The notes beneath the pieces are model-generated. The model worked only from the letters and a program-made list of their open reading frames with translations. It was not told the DNA's origin and did no database searches. A stretch of 64,000 bases of DNA from the NCBI GenBank assembly GCA_963813715.1, contig CAWFAK010000007.1:864001-928000 (forward strand). The letters are read 5' to 3'. A program made the translations under genes and the position numbers. This DNA is from an uncultured Planctomycetaceae bacterium (GTDB lineage: Bacteria > Planctomycetota > Planctomycetia > Planctomycetales > Planctomycetaceae). Each line of letters starts with the position of its first letter. Position 1 is the stretch's first letter. Positions 9,797 through 18,692 of the stretch are shown one piece after another.

Positions 9797-11074
9797 TTAG
9801 AGGTCTGGCGGAGCGACCTCGAAGCAATCGATGCCGAAGTCGCTCCCTGTCGACTTCGGGCCCTTGCCCACGATCTCGAACCGGATCATATGCCGGCCGG
9901 CCTGAAGACTCTTGGTCGTCAGGATGACGCGTCCGCTGGCGATCGGCCTGGGTGCGTAGAGATCGAGGAAGTCACCCAGGCGCTCGCCGTCCAGCGATGG
10001 TTGAATCCGGCCGAAATCCGGGGCCATCGTCAGGTAAACGCTCAGTTGATATCGGTCCGTCTTCGCGATTGGCAAGGCGAGGACCAGTGCATCTCCGGGT
10101 TTCCCACCGACATGGAGCTGAGCGTCACCACTCCAATTGGCCCGGCCGAACTCCTCCATGCGCTGCACGTTAGTCCGGACCCCGCTTCGCTCGACGATCT
10201 CAGCGGTCTCGGCCTCCAGCGGAGATCTCCATGCCAGTTTCGCTGTCAACAGCATCCCGGATTGCAGGCGCCGCTGGACGAACCACCTCACGATTTCGAC
10301 TTGCTGCCGCGAGAGCGTCTTCGAGGAGTTGTACCAGTATCCCATGATGTTCTTGCGATCGAACGTGATTCTTTTTCCCTCGAGGACGACGCTCGACGCC
10401 CGATCGCACTGAATGGCTCTGATGAATGGATCCGGCGGCGTGTCCGAGAGGCCGTCCCCGTCGAAACTGGACACCTCACCGTGGTGATCCCTCAGCCACG
10501 CATCGGCCTGGGCGACGGTCTCAAACTCTCTTGCGAAGGTATGCGACAGCCCCAGGTAATGACCGACTTCGTGCGCGAAGACGCCGATATTCTGCCTCCC
10601 GCAAATGGTCGTCACCTCGAACCCAGGCATCACAACGAAGTCGTAATCAACCCACGAGAACCCGCCACCAGTGGGTCGAGGGCCGGGTCCATGGCGGAAG
10701 ATCAACGTCAGCTTGCCGGAGTGCTCGGCCGCCAGCTGATTGCCCGCCCGCTTGAATTGAAGCCAATCGCGGTCGCCGGTGCCGGTCGGATTGTTCAAGA
10801 GCGTGCTTTTCCGCTCGATCATTCCGTCGGATGTCTTGTAGAGGAAATGAATTCCTGTGGAGGCGTAGACTTGATTTCCGCGGTCGACCCACCGCTTGAC
10901 CTGGGCCGGGGAGATCGCGGCCGGACGCCCGCCATCGTCGTCCGAGACTCGCACCGCCAGAATCGGGACGGTTGCCCGAAACAACGCGCGATCATCGGCC
11001 GTTTCGGCCAATAGCACCGCGATCGCCAGACCCACCACTGCGTGCACGGCCGTCCTCGGATTAGGAACCGACAT
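9797..11074 (-). CDS. Exported M43-family (ulilysin/pappalysin-like) zinc metalloprotease with C-terminal beta-sandwich domain
   Basis: HEVGHYLGLSHTF zinc motif, DGLSDTPPD and NIMGY Met-turn; signal peptide. Confidence 0.85.
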   Translation of the reverse strand: MSVPNPRTAVHAVVGLAIAVLLAETADDRALFRATVPILAVRVSDDDGGRPAAISPAQVKRWVDRGNQVYASTGIHFLYKTSDGMIERKSTLLNNPTGTGDRDWLQFKRAGNQLAAEHSGKLTLIFRHGPGPRPTGGGFSWVDYDFVVMPGFEVTTICGRQNIGVFAHEVGHYLGLSHTFAREFETVAQADAWLRDHHGEVSSFDGDGLSDTPPDPFIRAIQCDRASSVVLEGKRITFDRKNIMGYWYNSSKTLSRQQVEIVRWFVQRRLQSGMLLTAKLAWRSPLEAETAEIVERSGVRTNVQRMEEFGRANWSGDAQLHVGGKPGDALVLALPIAKTDRYQLSVYLTMAPDFGRIQPSLDGERLGDFLDLYAPRPIASGRVILTTKSLQAGRHMIRFEIVGKGPKSTGSDFGIDCFEVAPPDL

Positions 11075-11850
11075 TGACCAGCTGGATTCTCATCAGGCGC
11101 TGGTTCAAATGGTCGACGCCCAACCTACGCCGATGGGATCGGTGAATCAACGATTTGGCCTCTCCCCAACGTCTTCCAGTGCTCTCGCAACATACCATCA
11201 GAGACCGAGGAAAGCTTCGATTGATGCTTTCGGCGTCAGGTGGATCAGGCCTGGTCGGCGGCGCGTTCCGCGAGACTCAAACATTTTCTGGGAACCCCGG
11301 GCACCCGAAACTCATCCGTTTTTCGCCACGCTGTTCCGCGTCCCGGATTCTCATACGTTTTGGCGGAATCCGGCCTCAGGCGGCGAGAGCGATCAAAACG
11401 CCCTGAAATCGGCGGCAGAATTCGAACGGGCCTGTTGAAAAAGGGCAAATAATTGTCGTTGTTCAGCCTCACCGACTTGATCGGCCACACCCCAAGCCGC
11501 TCCTGGCGTAGAACTTCGGCCTCCCCGAATCGGCCTTCGACGGGTTCGCTCCTGATCGATTGGCCTGGAAGCGATCGCGTCTCCTCATTGTCGTCGGGTG
11601 GCCCACTATCAGATCGCACGTCACAAAGTCGTCGGCCCCCGGAAGAGTGGGGGATCCGATTCAGCCTGAGGGGCCATTCAATCGTCGAGCCGCAGGCAAA
11701 TCGATCCAGTTTGTTTTGCTTTTTCGTATCCATGTTGTGACGAGGTTGCCCTGCTGAGCGAATCACAGAGTGTAGTGAACTCAGCGATGGGAATGGGCGA
11801 TCGCGATGCAGGCTCGACTCGCACCATGTAAGCCCGATGAACTGGCGACT

Positions 11851-12378
11851 ATGGACCCGCCGGCCTCAGACCACGAACACTTTCTTTCGCTTTTGGAATC
11901 CCACCAGCGGCCATTATTCAAGGTCTGTTGGACGTACGGCAGGACGTCGCACGATCGAGATGACTTGTTTCAGGAAATCGTCGGGCGGCTGTGGACATCG
12001 TTTGCGAAGTACGACCGCAGTCGCAAGTTTTCGACATGGATGTATCGCGTGGCGCTGAACGTCGCAATCGACTTTCGAAGAAGGCAGCAGCGATGGGGAA
12101 GGGAGACGAGCCTCGACGAAGGCGGGGCGGCAGTTCCAGCCGAGGCACCTGACGACGCGACGAAGCGACAACAATTGCGTGAGCTGCGAGAGCTGTTGGA
12201 GCGACAACGCGATGCGGACCGCGCCATTCTGCTCTTGTACCTGGAAGGACACTCGTACCGCGAAATCGGCGAGGTCCTCGGCACGAGTGAATCGAACGTC
12301 GGCACGCGTCTGAACCGCCTGAAGACTTCGCTTCGGCAATCCGTTCAAGGGCCGTCAGACGAAAAGGGAGACGTGTAG
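11851..12378 (+). CDS. ECF RNA polymerase sigma factor
   Basis: Region 2 DDLFQEI...FSTWMYRVALN; region 4 LEGHSYREIGEVLGTSESNVGTRLNRLK. Confidence 0.93.
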   Translation: MDPPASDHEHFLSLLESHQRPLFKVCWTYGRTSHDRDDLFQEIVGRLWTSFAKYDRSRKFSTWMYRVALNVAIDFRRRQQRWGRETSLDEGGAAVPAEAPDDATKRQQLRELRELLERQRDADRAILLLYLEGHSYREIGEVLGTSESNVGTRLNRLKTSLRQSVQGPSDEKGDV

Positions 12379-12380
12379 CG

Positions 12381-13082
12381 ATGCAGTTCGAAGAATTGCA
12401 GCAAGAATGGCAAAGGTTCGATCAGAAGCTCGATCGTTCGCTGGCCCTGCAGGCCGAAGTTGTGCGCCGAGTCGTGATGCAGCCAGCGCGCCGTCGCGTC
12501 AATCGCTTCGCGATTTGGCCCGTGATTGACCTCGTGTTCTGTGCAGTTGGGCTCCTGCTCGCAGGGTCCTCTCTTGGCAAGCATTGGCGCAACTGGCAGG
12601 TTGCGGCGCCTGCAATCGTAGTCATGATCAGCGCCATCGCACTGGCGGCCAGCAGCATACTTCAGCTCCAGCGTGTGGCTGAGTTGGATTGGTGTGGACC
12701 GGTCGCCGAACTCCAGACTGCTCTGGAACGACTTCGGACCACGAAGATTCGGCAGTTCAAATGGATCATCCTGTTTTCGCCGTTCGTCGGCTTCTGCGCA
12801 TTAATGGTGGGACTGCACTGGCTCTTCGAGTGGTTGTCGGATGACCGCGTCCACATCCTCGACAAGCTCGATCCGCGGTGGATCGTCGCCAACTATGTCT
12901 TTGGTCTGCTGTTCGTGCCGCTGGGCTACTTTGTCGCCCGTCGTCTCGCAGAGCGGTGTCGTCGTCAGCGATGGTGGCAAACGGCACTCGATGATATCTC
13001 CGGAAAGAGCCTCAAGTCGGCGGCTCGCGATGTGGATCGTTGGGCGAGCTTGCAGGACGAGGCATCTAATCACAGCGTCTGA
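12381..13082 (+). CDS. Multi-TM membrane protein, probable anti-sigma partner
   Basis: Starts 2 nt after the ECF gene; MQFEELQQEWQ N-terminus and four hydrophobic segments. Confidence 0.75.
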   Translation: MQFEELQQEWQRFDQKLDRSLALQAEVVRRVVMQPARRRVNRFAIWPVIDLVFCAVGLLLAGSSLGKHWRNWQVAAPAIVVMISAIALAASSILQLQRVAELDWCGPVAELQTALERLRTTKIRQFKWIILFSPFVGFCALMVGLHWLFEWLSDDRVHILDKLDPRWIVANYVFGLLFVPLGYFVARRLAERCRRQRWWQTALDDISGKSLKSAARDVDRWASLQDEASNHSV

Positions 13083-13398
13083 GACATGACGGCATCCGGC
13101 TTGATCGCCGACGCTCGCCGGTGAAGTAGAGCCGGAGGGTCTGCCCCGCGATTTTGCGATTACGGGACCGGTCTAGCATTTTCTGCGTCAGTTTCAGAGA
13201 TCTGCCAACGCTCTCGAAGTGATCCGCCCGCGGCGTCAACAGTGGGTCGATCGAGACATCGAGCGCGCCCGTAGCGCGTTTAACGTCACAGAATCTCATA
13301 CCTTTTCGCGGACACGCCAAAAAAGGACCCTTTTCCCGAATTACCGACGGGCCATTCACTGCACCCCAGACTATCCCAACCTTGGCTCTATCGCGCCC

Positions 13399-13542
13399 GC
13401 TAAATAATTGCCATTTTGGTGTTATAATAAGGTGAGGGGGAGGCGTAGCCTTCGACGTCCCGACCCGACGCCAGCCCGACCAGGCCACGCCCGTGTCTAA
13501 GCGGGTGAAAACGGCTAAATAATTGCCAAAAGCGTGGTATAG
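13399..13542 (+). promoter_or_regulatory. Two tandem extended -10 promoters, each preceded by the same 15-bp box
   Basis: GCTAAATAATTGCCA at 13399-13413 and 13513-13527, each followed 9 nt later by TATAAT (13423) or TATAGT (13537) with a TGn extension. Confidence 0.55.
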
Positions 13543-13592
13543 TGACATGAGTGAAGTAGTGTAAGAGTTGAAATAGAAAAAGTTGTTGAGTC

Positions 13593-13629
13593 ACCCGCGG
13601 CCCCAGCAGTAGGCGGCCGCGGGTTTTTT
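13593..13629 (+). terminator. Intrinsic terminator-like hairpin in the operon leader
   Basis: ACCCGCGGCC-loop-GGCCGCGGGT followed by a T run. Confidence 0.65.
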
Positions 13630-13666
13630 CGTTTCGAATGCTCAAAGAACCACCAACGGAGACCAA

Positions 13667-13870
13667 ATGACCGTCGCCTTGGCCAGTTGCTCGCTTGTAT
13701 TGATGGGGACCGTGGCCCTCCTGGTCCGCGAGGTCCGGCTTCGCCGGGCCCTCCAGCAACTCTTGTTTCGCCTTTTGACCCTGTGGAGACGTCTGCATGC
13801 AAAAGACGGCCCGCTGTCCGCCGATCAGGAGGGCCCTGATAATCCTCGGCTTGGTCGCGATCGGCTGTAG
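13667..13870 (+). CDS. Small single-TM hypothetical protein
   Basis: GGAG RBS; hydrophobic N-terminus, then REVRLRRALQQLLFRLL. Confidence 0.6.
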   Translation: MTVALASCSLVLMGTVALLVREVRLRRALQQLLFRLLTLWRRLHAKDGPLSADQEGPDNPRLGRDRL

Positions 13871-14375
13871 CTCCAGCGACGACCGCCTAGTCGACCTGTC
13901 CCAGAAAAGCGCCGATCGGCAGGCGGATCAAAACCGGCTGGTCGAAGCCAACAACCGGCAGGTTCTTGAAGCCACCAAAAAACTGGTGGAAGCGGACGCG
14001 AAGGGCCGCACCGAAAACCTCGAAATGCATCGCCAGATCGAGGTCGAACGCTCGGGCGTCAACGAGCAGCGAAATGCCCTTGAACTGGAGCGGCGACAAA
14101 TCGCCGCCCAGCGCAACCGTGACCCGATCATCGCGGAATCGATTCAGGTGACTGCCGGATTGATCGCCGCCGTTCTGCCTCTGCTCGTCTGCCTGTTTCT
14201 GCTTCGCGGACTCTTCGACAAGCCGGATCAGGATGCGCTAGCGGAGCTCCTGATCGAGGACCTTGTCTCTCGCGAGCCGCTGCTAGGCCATCCTGCTCGC
14301 CTCAGGCTGCCAGAGGCCGATAGCAATCCTCGATTGCCGGCTGCGCCAACGCCGGAAGGCTCCTCCATCACCTAG
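13797..14375 (+). CDS. Putative lipoprotein with coiled coil and C-terminal TM helix
   Basis: Lipobox-like LVAIGC; Q/E/R-rich coil; TM segment IAAVLPLLVCLFLL. Confidence 0.7.
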   Translation: MQKTARCPPIRRALIILGLVAIGCSSSDDRLVDLSQKSADRQADQNRLVEANNRQVLEATKKLVEADAKGRTENLEMHRQIEVERSGVNEQRNALELERRQIAAQRNRDPIIAESIQVTAGLIAAVLPLLVCLFLLRGLFDKPDQDALAELLIEDLVSREPLLGHPARLRLPEADSNPRLPAAPTPEGSSIT

Positions 14376-14480
14376 AGCCACCTGCGGCGCCCTTGGCCAA
14401 CCACCTTCCTCAATTACCGCCCCCGTCGTGAAATCACCCTCTTTGCACTCAATGTCGCTCGGCGACAAGGAGTACCAACC

Positions 14481-14765
14481 ATGAACCAATCCGAAATTGA
14501 GCGCGCGGTGGCTCGGGCAACCGGCGAGTCTCGCCGCTTCGTCAAGCAATTCGGCTTCAGCTTGATCTCTGGCGAGCCGGAGCCCGACAACGATCCGGCC
14601 CTGGCCATCGATTGCCCCGGCTGCGGCGCCGTCTTTGATCCGTCAAACGGCTTGAATCTCGGCAGGGGACTCGAGTGTCCCCGGTGTGACGCCATTTATC
14701 CGGTCTCCCTCGACGAGTTCTACGTCGTTGACGGTCCGCGCCAGCCACTCGTCGCCTGTGCCTGA
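14481..14765 (+). CDS. Small zinc-ribbon protein
   Basis: AGGAG RBS; helical N-terminus (MNQSEIERAVARATGES); CPGC...CPRC. Confidence 0.75.
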   Translation: MNQSEIERAVARATGESRRFVKQFGFSLISGEPEPDNDPALAIDCPGCGAVFDPSNGLNLGRGLECPRCDAIYPVSLDEFYVVDGPRQPLVACA

Positions 14766-14811
14766 CGAAATCTTGTGACGATCCCATTCCCAGAATTCAA
14801 GGACCACCTTT

Positions 14812-15030
14812 ATGAAGTTGTTTTTCATCAACAATGACGGCGGCGGCTTTGCCGACACGATCGAAGTGTCCGATGGCACGTCGATCGCCCAACTCTTCGA
14901 ACAACGGGTGCCGCACGGCAAACCGGCGGACTACTTGATCCGCGTCAATCGACAGCCGGTGGCGGCCGGCCAAGCCCTGCGAGAAGGTGATCGGGTGAGC
15001 GTCACACCCACGAAGATCGAGGGCGCGTAA
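14812..15030 (+). CDS. Ubiquitin-like beta-grasp protein (ThiS/MoaD superfamily), C-terminus -KIEGA
   Basis: 72 aa with a beta-grasp pattern: [13 protein letters not shown]...LIRVNRQ...[17 protein letters not shown]. Confidence 0.85.
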   Translation: MKLFFINNDGGGFADTIEVSDGTSIAQLFEQRVPHGKPADYLIRVNRQPVAAGQALREGDRVSVTPTKIEGA

Positions 15031-15055
15031 GCAACAGAGTCCGTGGCAATTAACT

Positions 15056-15094
15056 GAGGGGCGCTGGCTCGCTTGCCGGCGCCCCTCGCTTTTT
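15056..15094 (+). terminator. Hairpin/terminator after the Ubl gene
   Basis: GAGGGGCGCTGGC-tcgctt-GCCGGCGCCCCTC followed by gcTTTTT. Confidence 0.65.
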
Positions 15095-15122
15095 GTTCCG
15101 CACCATGCCAGAAGGGAGAACC

Positions 15123-16181
15123 ATGCACGCCCAGCACAAAGTGCTGTTGCGGACAGCGGAACGGATTTCGGCGCACGTGCACCGACTCAGAGCAACTCCG
15201 CTCTCGGTTGAGCTGCCGGAGGAAGACTGGAACTACGCCAAGCGCTTGCTGCGGCAGCTCGACGTCTGCCAGGAACGTGACTGGACGGAAGCCGCCGCGC
15301 TCTTGGCGGACCGCTTGCAGCGGGCGTTGGAGCGTTGTTGCGAGCGATTTCAAGAAATCAACCGCCAAGTCTCGGGACACGGCTCACCGCTGTTCGTTCA
15401 GAGCACCCGCGACAGTTTCGATGACCTTGTGTCACTGGCGGCTGAATTCGAGGCGGTATCGGTCGACGGGCCGAACCATACGGTTTCCGTCACCACCGAT
15501 TCGATCGTCCTCGAAGAGATCAACCTCGGGCCCTTTGAGATCCGGCTGCAGTGGGACCGGATCGGCGACCGGCGTCCTTACAGCGTCATCGCCTTGAACC
15601 CCAACCCGGCCGGGGAGTCGAGCGAAACCACTCACCCGCACGTCAAGGGTGAGCAGCTCTGCGAAGGCGATGGCCGCATGGCCATCGATCGGGCCCTCCG
15701 CGCCGGCCGGCTGCTCGACTTCTTTCAACTCGTGAGCCGGATACTCGAGACCTACAACCCGGGCAGCGCCTACGTCGCGCTCTCGGAATGGAACGGCAGC
15801 CCCTGCAGTGATTGCGGCGACGTCGCCGCCGAGGAGGGCCAATACACCTGCGACCGCTGTGGCGACCGGCTCTGCCGCGACTGTCTCAGCTCCTGCTGCC
15901 GTTGCGAGGCGCTCTGCTGCCAGTCTTGCACCAACTTCTGCCGCCAGTGCGAGGAATCGATTTGCTCGGGCTGCCAACAGACCTGCACGCACTGCGATCG
16001 GTCGCTTTGCTGCTCATGTCTTTCAGAAACCGGCCTCTGTGAAGAGTGCCAGGAGGAACACGATGCACACAATGTCGATGAGGATGAAGACCAATGCCCG
16101 CCCCTGGAAGCCGAGACGCCTGCTCCGTCGGCCCCGGGAGATGCGGACCCGCAGTCGGCGACGGCCGCGGTTACGGTTTAG
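15123..16181 (+). CDS. E2/UBC-like conjugating enzyme fused to a C-terminal multi-CxxC zinc-finger region
   Basis: GPFEIRLQW...[11 protein letters not shown]...[21 protein letters not shown] parallels the UBC consensus (HPNV...IC...LLxxPNPxS). Ten CxxC motifs follow. GGAG RBS before ATG 15123. Confidence 0.7.
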   Translation: MHAQHKVLLRTAERISAHVHRLRATPLSVELPEEDWNYAKRLLRQLDVCQERDWTEAAALLADRLQRALERCCERFQEINRQVSGHGSPLFVQSTRDSFDDLVSLAAEFEAVSVDGPNHTVSVTTDSIVLEEINLGPFEIRLQWDRIGDRRPYSVIALNPNPAGESSETTHPHVKGEQLCEGDGRMAIDRALRAGRLLDFFQLVSRILETYNPGSAYVALSEWNGSPCSDCGDVAAEEGQYTCDRCGDRLCRDCLSSCCRCEALCCQSCTNFCRQCEESICSGCQQTCTHCDRSLCCSCLSETGLCEECQEEHDAHNVDEDEDQCPPLEAETPAPSAPGDADPQSATAAVTV

Positions 16182-16803
16182 CCCCACGGCCTGGGCCAAG
16201 CTGCTGTTCGTCCGCGACCGCGGCTCAACCGAGGTTGGCGGGTTCGGCATCACGTCGGCAGACGATCTGCTGTACGTCGAAGACATGCGCTTAGTGAAAC
16301 AAGTCTGTACGTCGGTTTCTGTGGTCTTCGACGACGCGGCTGTCGCCGAGTTCTTTGACGAGCAGAATGATGCCGCGCGCAAGCCCGAACAGTTTGGACG
16401 GATTTGGATCCACACCCATCCGGGGCAGTCGCCTGAGCCGAGCCCTGTCGACGAAGAGACGTTTGCCCGAGTCTTCGGGCCATGCGATTGGGCGGTAATG
16501 TTCATCCTCGCCCGCGAGGGTGCGGATTATTGTCGCCTGCGGTTCCGGGCCGGCCCGGGAGGCGAGTGGGTGATTCCAGTGGGCATCGATTTTCAAGGCC
16601 GTTTCGCGGGCTCAAATCGCGACGCTTGGGCCGCAGAGTACGAGGCGACCGTCTGCCAACCGGAAGTCCGGCTCACCGGTCTGCCCTCGGCGCAAATCGG
16701 AGCGAACTCGGCAGCGCTGACCGAGACGGATGACCTGTTCGACAGCTTTTGGGTAACCTTCGACTGGGAAAGGGGTCTCGATCTCCATGAACACACGCTT
16801 TGA
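16063..16803 (+). CDS. JAB/JAMM (Mov34/MPN) metallo-isopeptidase
   Basis: AGGAGG RBS before ATG 16063; Glu in TEVGG and [14 protein letters not shown] = HxH-x7-S-x2-D. Confidence 0.88.
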   Translation: MHTMSMRMKTNARPWKPRRLLRRPREMRTRSRRRPRLRFSPTAWAKLLFVRDRGSTEVGGFGITSADDLLYVEDMRLVKQVCTSVSVVFDDAAVAEFFDEQNDAARKPEQFGRIWIHTHPGQSPEPSPVDEETFARVFGPCDWAVMFILAREGADYCRLRFRAGPGGEWVIPVGIDFQGRFAGSNRDAWAAEYEATVCQPEVRLTGLPSAQIGANSAALTETDDLFDSFWVTFDWERGLDLHEHTL

Positions 16804-17481
16804 GCGACAACAGGATCTCGTTCCGCAAGACCGCCTTGCCGCCCTGACGGCCACTGTTATCGGAGTGGGCGCGATTGGCAGGCAGGTGGCCTTACAGCTG
16901 GCGGCGATTGGAATCCCCCGCCTGCAACTCGTCGACTTCGACCAGGTCGAGCAACCAACGTCACGAGTCAAGGCTACTGGCAGGCGGATGTCGGTCAGCT
17001 CAAGGTCGACGCCACCCGCGCGGCCGTCGAGGCCATCGATCCGACGATCGCGGTTGAAAATTGTGCTGACCGATTCCGCTCCAAACAGTCCGTGGGCGAG
17101 GCGGTCTTTTGCTGCGTCGATAGCATTTCGGCCCGAGCCGCAATCTGGCGGGCAGTTGAGCACCGCTGCGAATTCTGGGCCGACGGTCGAATGCTGGGAG
17201 AGGTGATTCGCGTGCTCGTTGCCTCAGACGGCGCCACCGGCGATGAATACGCGTCGACGCTCTTTCCGCAGGCCGAGGCCCAGCTCGGACAATGTACGTC
17301 CCACAGCACGATTTACGTCGCCTCAATCGCCGCAGGGCTGATGGTCCACCAGTTCAGCCGCTGGTTGCGGAATTTGGCGATTGACGACGACGCCACCATT
17401 AATCTCTTGGCGGGCGAGTGGGCTCAATGCTCGCAGAGCCATGACCTGACGATTCGTCCGCGCCGCGCACCAGACTCATAA
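16787..17481 (+). CDS. E1-like ThiF/MoeB-family adenylyltransferase (frameshift near 16952)
   Basis: VIGVGAIG and DFDQVE, then after the frameshift TNVTSQGY...[17 protein letters not shown] and candidate catalytic Cys in GQCTSHST. Confidence 0.88.
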
Positions 17482-17685
17482 AACGCGTAATCGACTACGC
17501 CTCTGATTTGGTGGGTCTGCTCCCGCAGCGACACTCGGCTTGGATCATCCTTTTAAATTGCGATCGCGGCCCGCCGTGTTGTGTTTGAGCGGCCGCCCCG
17601 CGCAGGCCGGATCCGCCCGAAATGGCTCCAATCACGGTTCTCAAAAATGACGGACCAACTGATGTCCTTTTGGGAGACCATCGCT

Positions 17686-17907
17686 ATGGAATCCGACGAA
17701 CGACGGTTACTAGGCGCGCTAAGTAATCGGGGTGAAGCTCGTGAACACTTGGCCCGCCAGATAGGCAGGTTGCTTGCGCGCGAATGGCTGCGCTCGAAGC
17801 ATCAGGGCCGCCAAGGCGGCGTTGGGGCGTCAGGCGGGGCCACGACCAAAACCGACGCCCCTTCTTCGAGGGAAATAACGGATGAATCACCTAAGAGACC
17901 GATTTGA
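17686..17907 (+). CDS. Small hypothetical protein
   Basis: GGAG RBS; helical segment REHLARQIGRLLAREWLR. Confidence 0.45.
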   Translation: MESDERRLLGALSNRGEAREHLARQIGRLLAREWLRSKHQGRQGGVGASGGATTKTDAPSSREITDESPKRPI

Positions 17908-18117
17908 CAAATCGGGGGAAAAAAAGGACGCGAAAATTTTTTTCCGTGCCGGTCGGTTCAGACTTGCATTGTTGCCCTTCGCGCTCGCCCGACGTGATGC
18001 TAGACCCGATCCGCCGACCGAGCTTTGTGTCGCGGCGAAGACCCTGGGTCCGCGTCCGCTTTAAGAAAAGTGATTTCACGGAAGACCGTCGGTTTCAATG
18101 CCAGGGAGGATTCCGCC

Positions 18118-18576
18118 ATGCAGAGACCGTTTCGACCGATGCCCAGCGAGTTTCGCGGAACGCTGTTCAGCGACGCGGCGAACCTGCAATTTGGCCCAAG
18201 TTGTCCTTTGCCAAGCGTCCAAGAGGGAAGGGCTCTGCTCGTGAATGAGCTTCAGATTAACTACTCACAGCCCGTCAACCGCCTCTACGCACTGGACTCG
18301 TCCCGGGTCTACTTCGTTGCCGGGAGGACCATAGGTATCGCTTGCCTTAAGAGAGTTCTCGGTTCACCTGGGGGAATGCAGGCGTTCTTCGCGGCGATCA
18401 GTCCCAATCGCGCGATTTCGTCGAATGTCGTCGAATTCGCGGGGCTCATCAAAGCGAAGGCGTCTCTAAATTGCTATTGCGCAGAGGGATGTGATTTGAA
18501 GTCGGTCGGCTTCATCGCGGTCGCTGGTGGCATCGCCGTCAGCGAAAGCACAGCTTTCGACTTTTCGAAATCTTGA
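18118..18576 (+). CDS. Hypothetical protein
   Basis: GGAGGA RBS before ATG 18118; 152-aa ORF. Confidence 0.5.
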   Translation: MQRPFRPMPSEFRGTLFSDAANLQFGPSCPLPSVQEGRALLVNELQINYSQPVNRLYALDSSRVYFVAGRTIGIACLKRVLGSPGGMQAFFAAISPNRAISSNVVEFAGLIKAKASLNCYCAEGCDLKSVGFIAVAGGIAVSESTAFDFSKS

Positions 18577-18692
18577 GGACAGCACCGCGTCGACTCGGTG
18601 ACGTGCACTCTGCAGGGCGTGGGGCAACGCTTGAACGCCGCGCACGCTGCTCATCCATTTTGCTGGATCGAATCTGAAGACGGTACATTCCG

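Noticed and set aside
9719..11014. 431-aa plus-strand ORF
   Set aside because: Antisense shadow of the M43 protease, which carries clear motifs.
9200..11760. IS or recombinase remnants flanking the M43 gene (e.g. CCTGTTGAAAAA at ~11430)
   Set aside because: No transposase motif or matching inverted repeat could be confirmed by eye.
16940..16965. Programmed frameshift in E1
   Set aside because: No slippery heptamer, and similar indels occur throughout the window.
14812..17481. Thiamine/molybdopterin biosynthesis (ThiS/ThiF or MoaD/MoeB) interpretation
   Set aside because: The Ubl lacks GG, there is no ThiG/MoaE/rhodanese nearby, and E2-like and JAB genes are interleaved.
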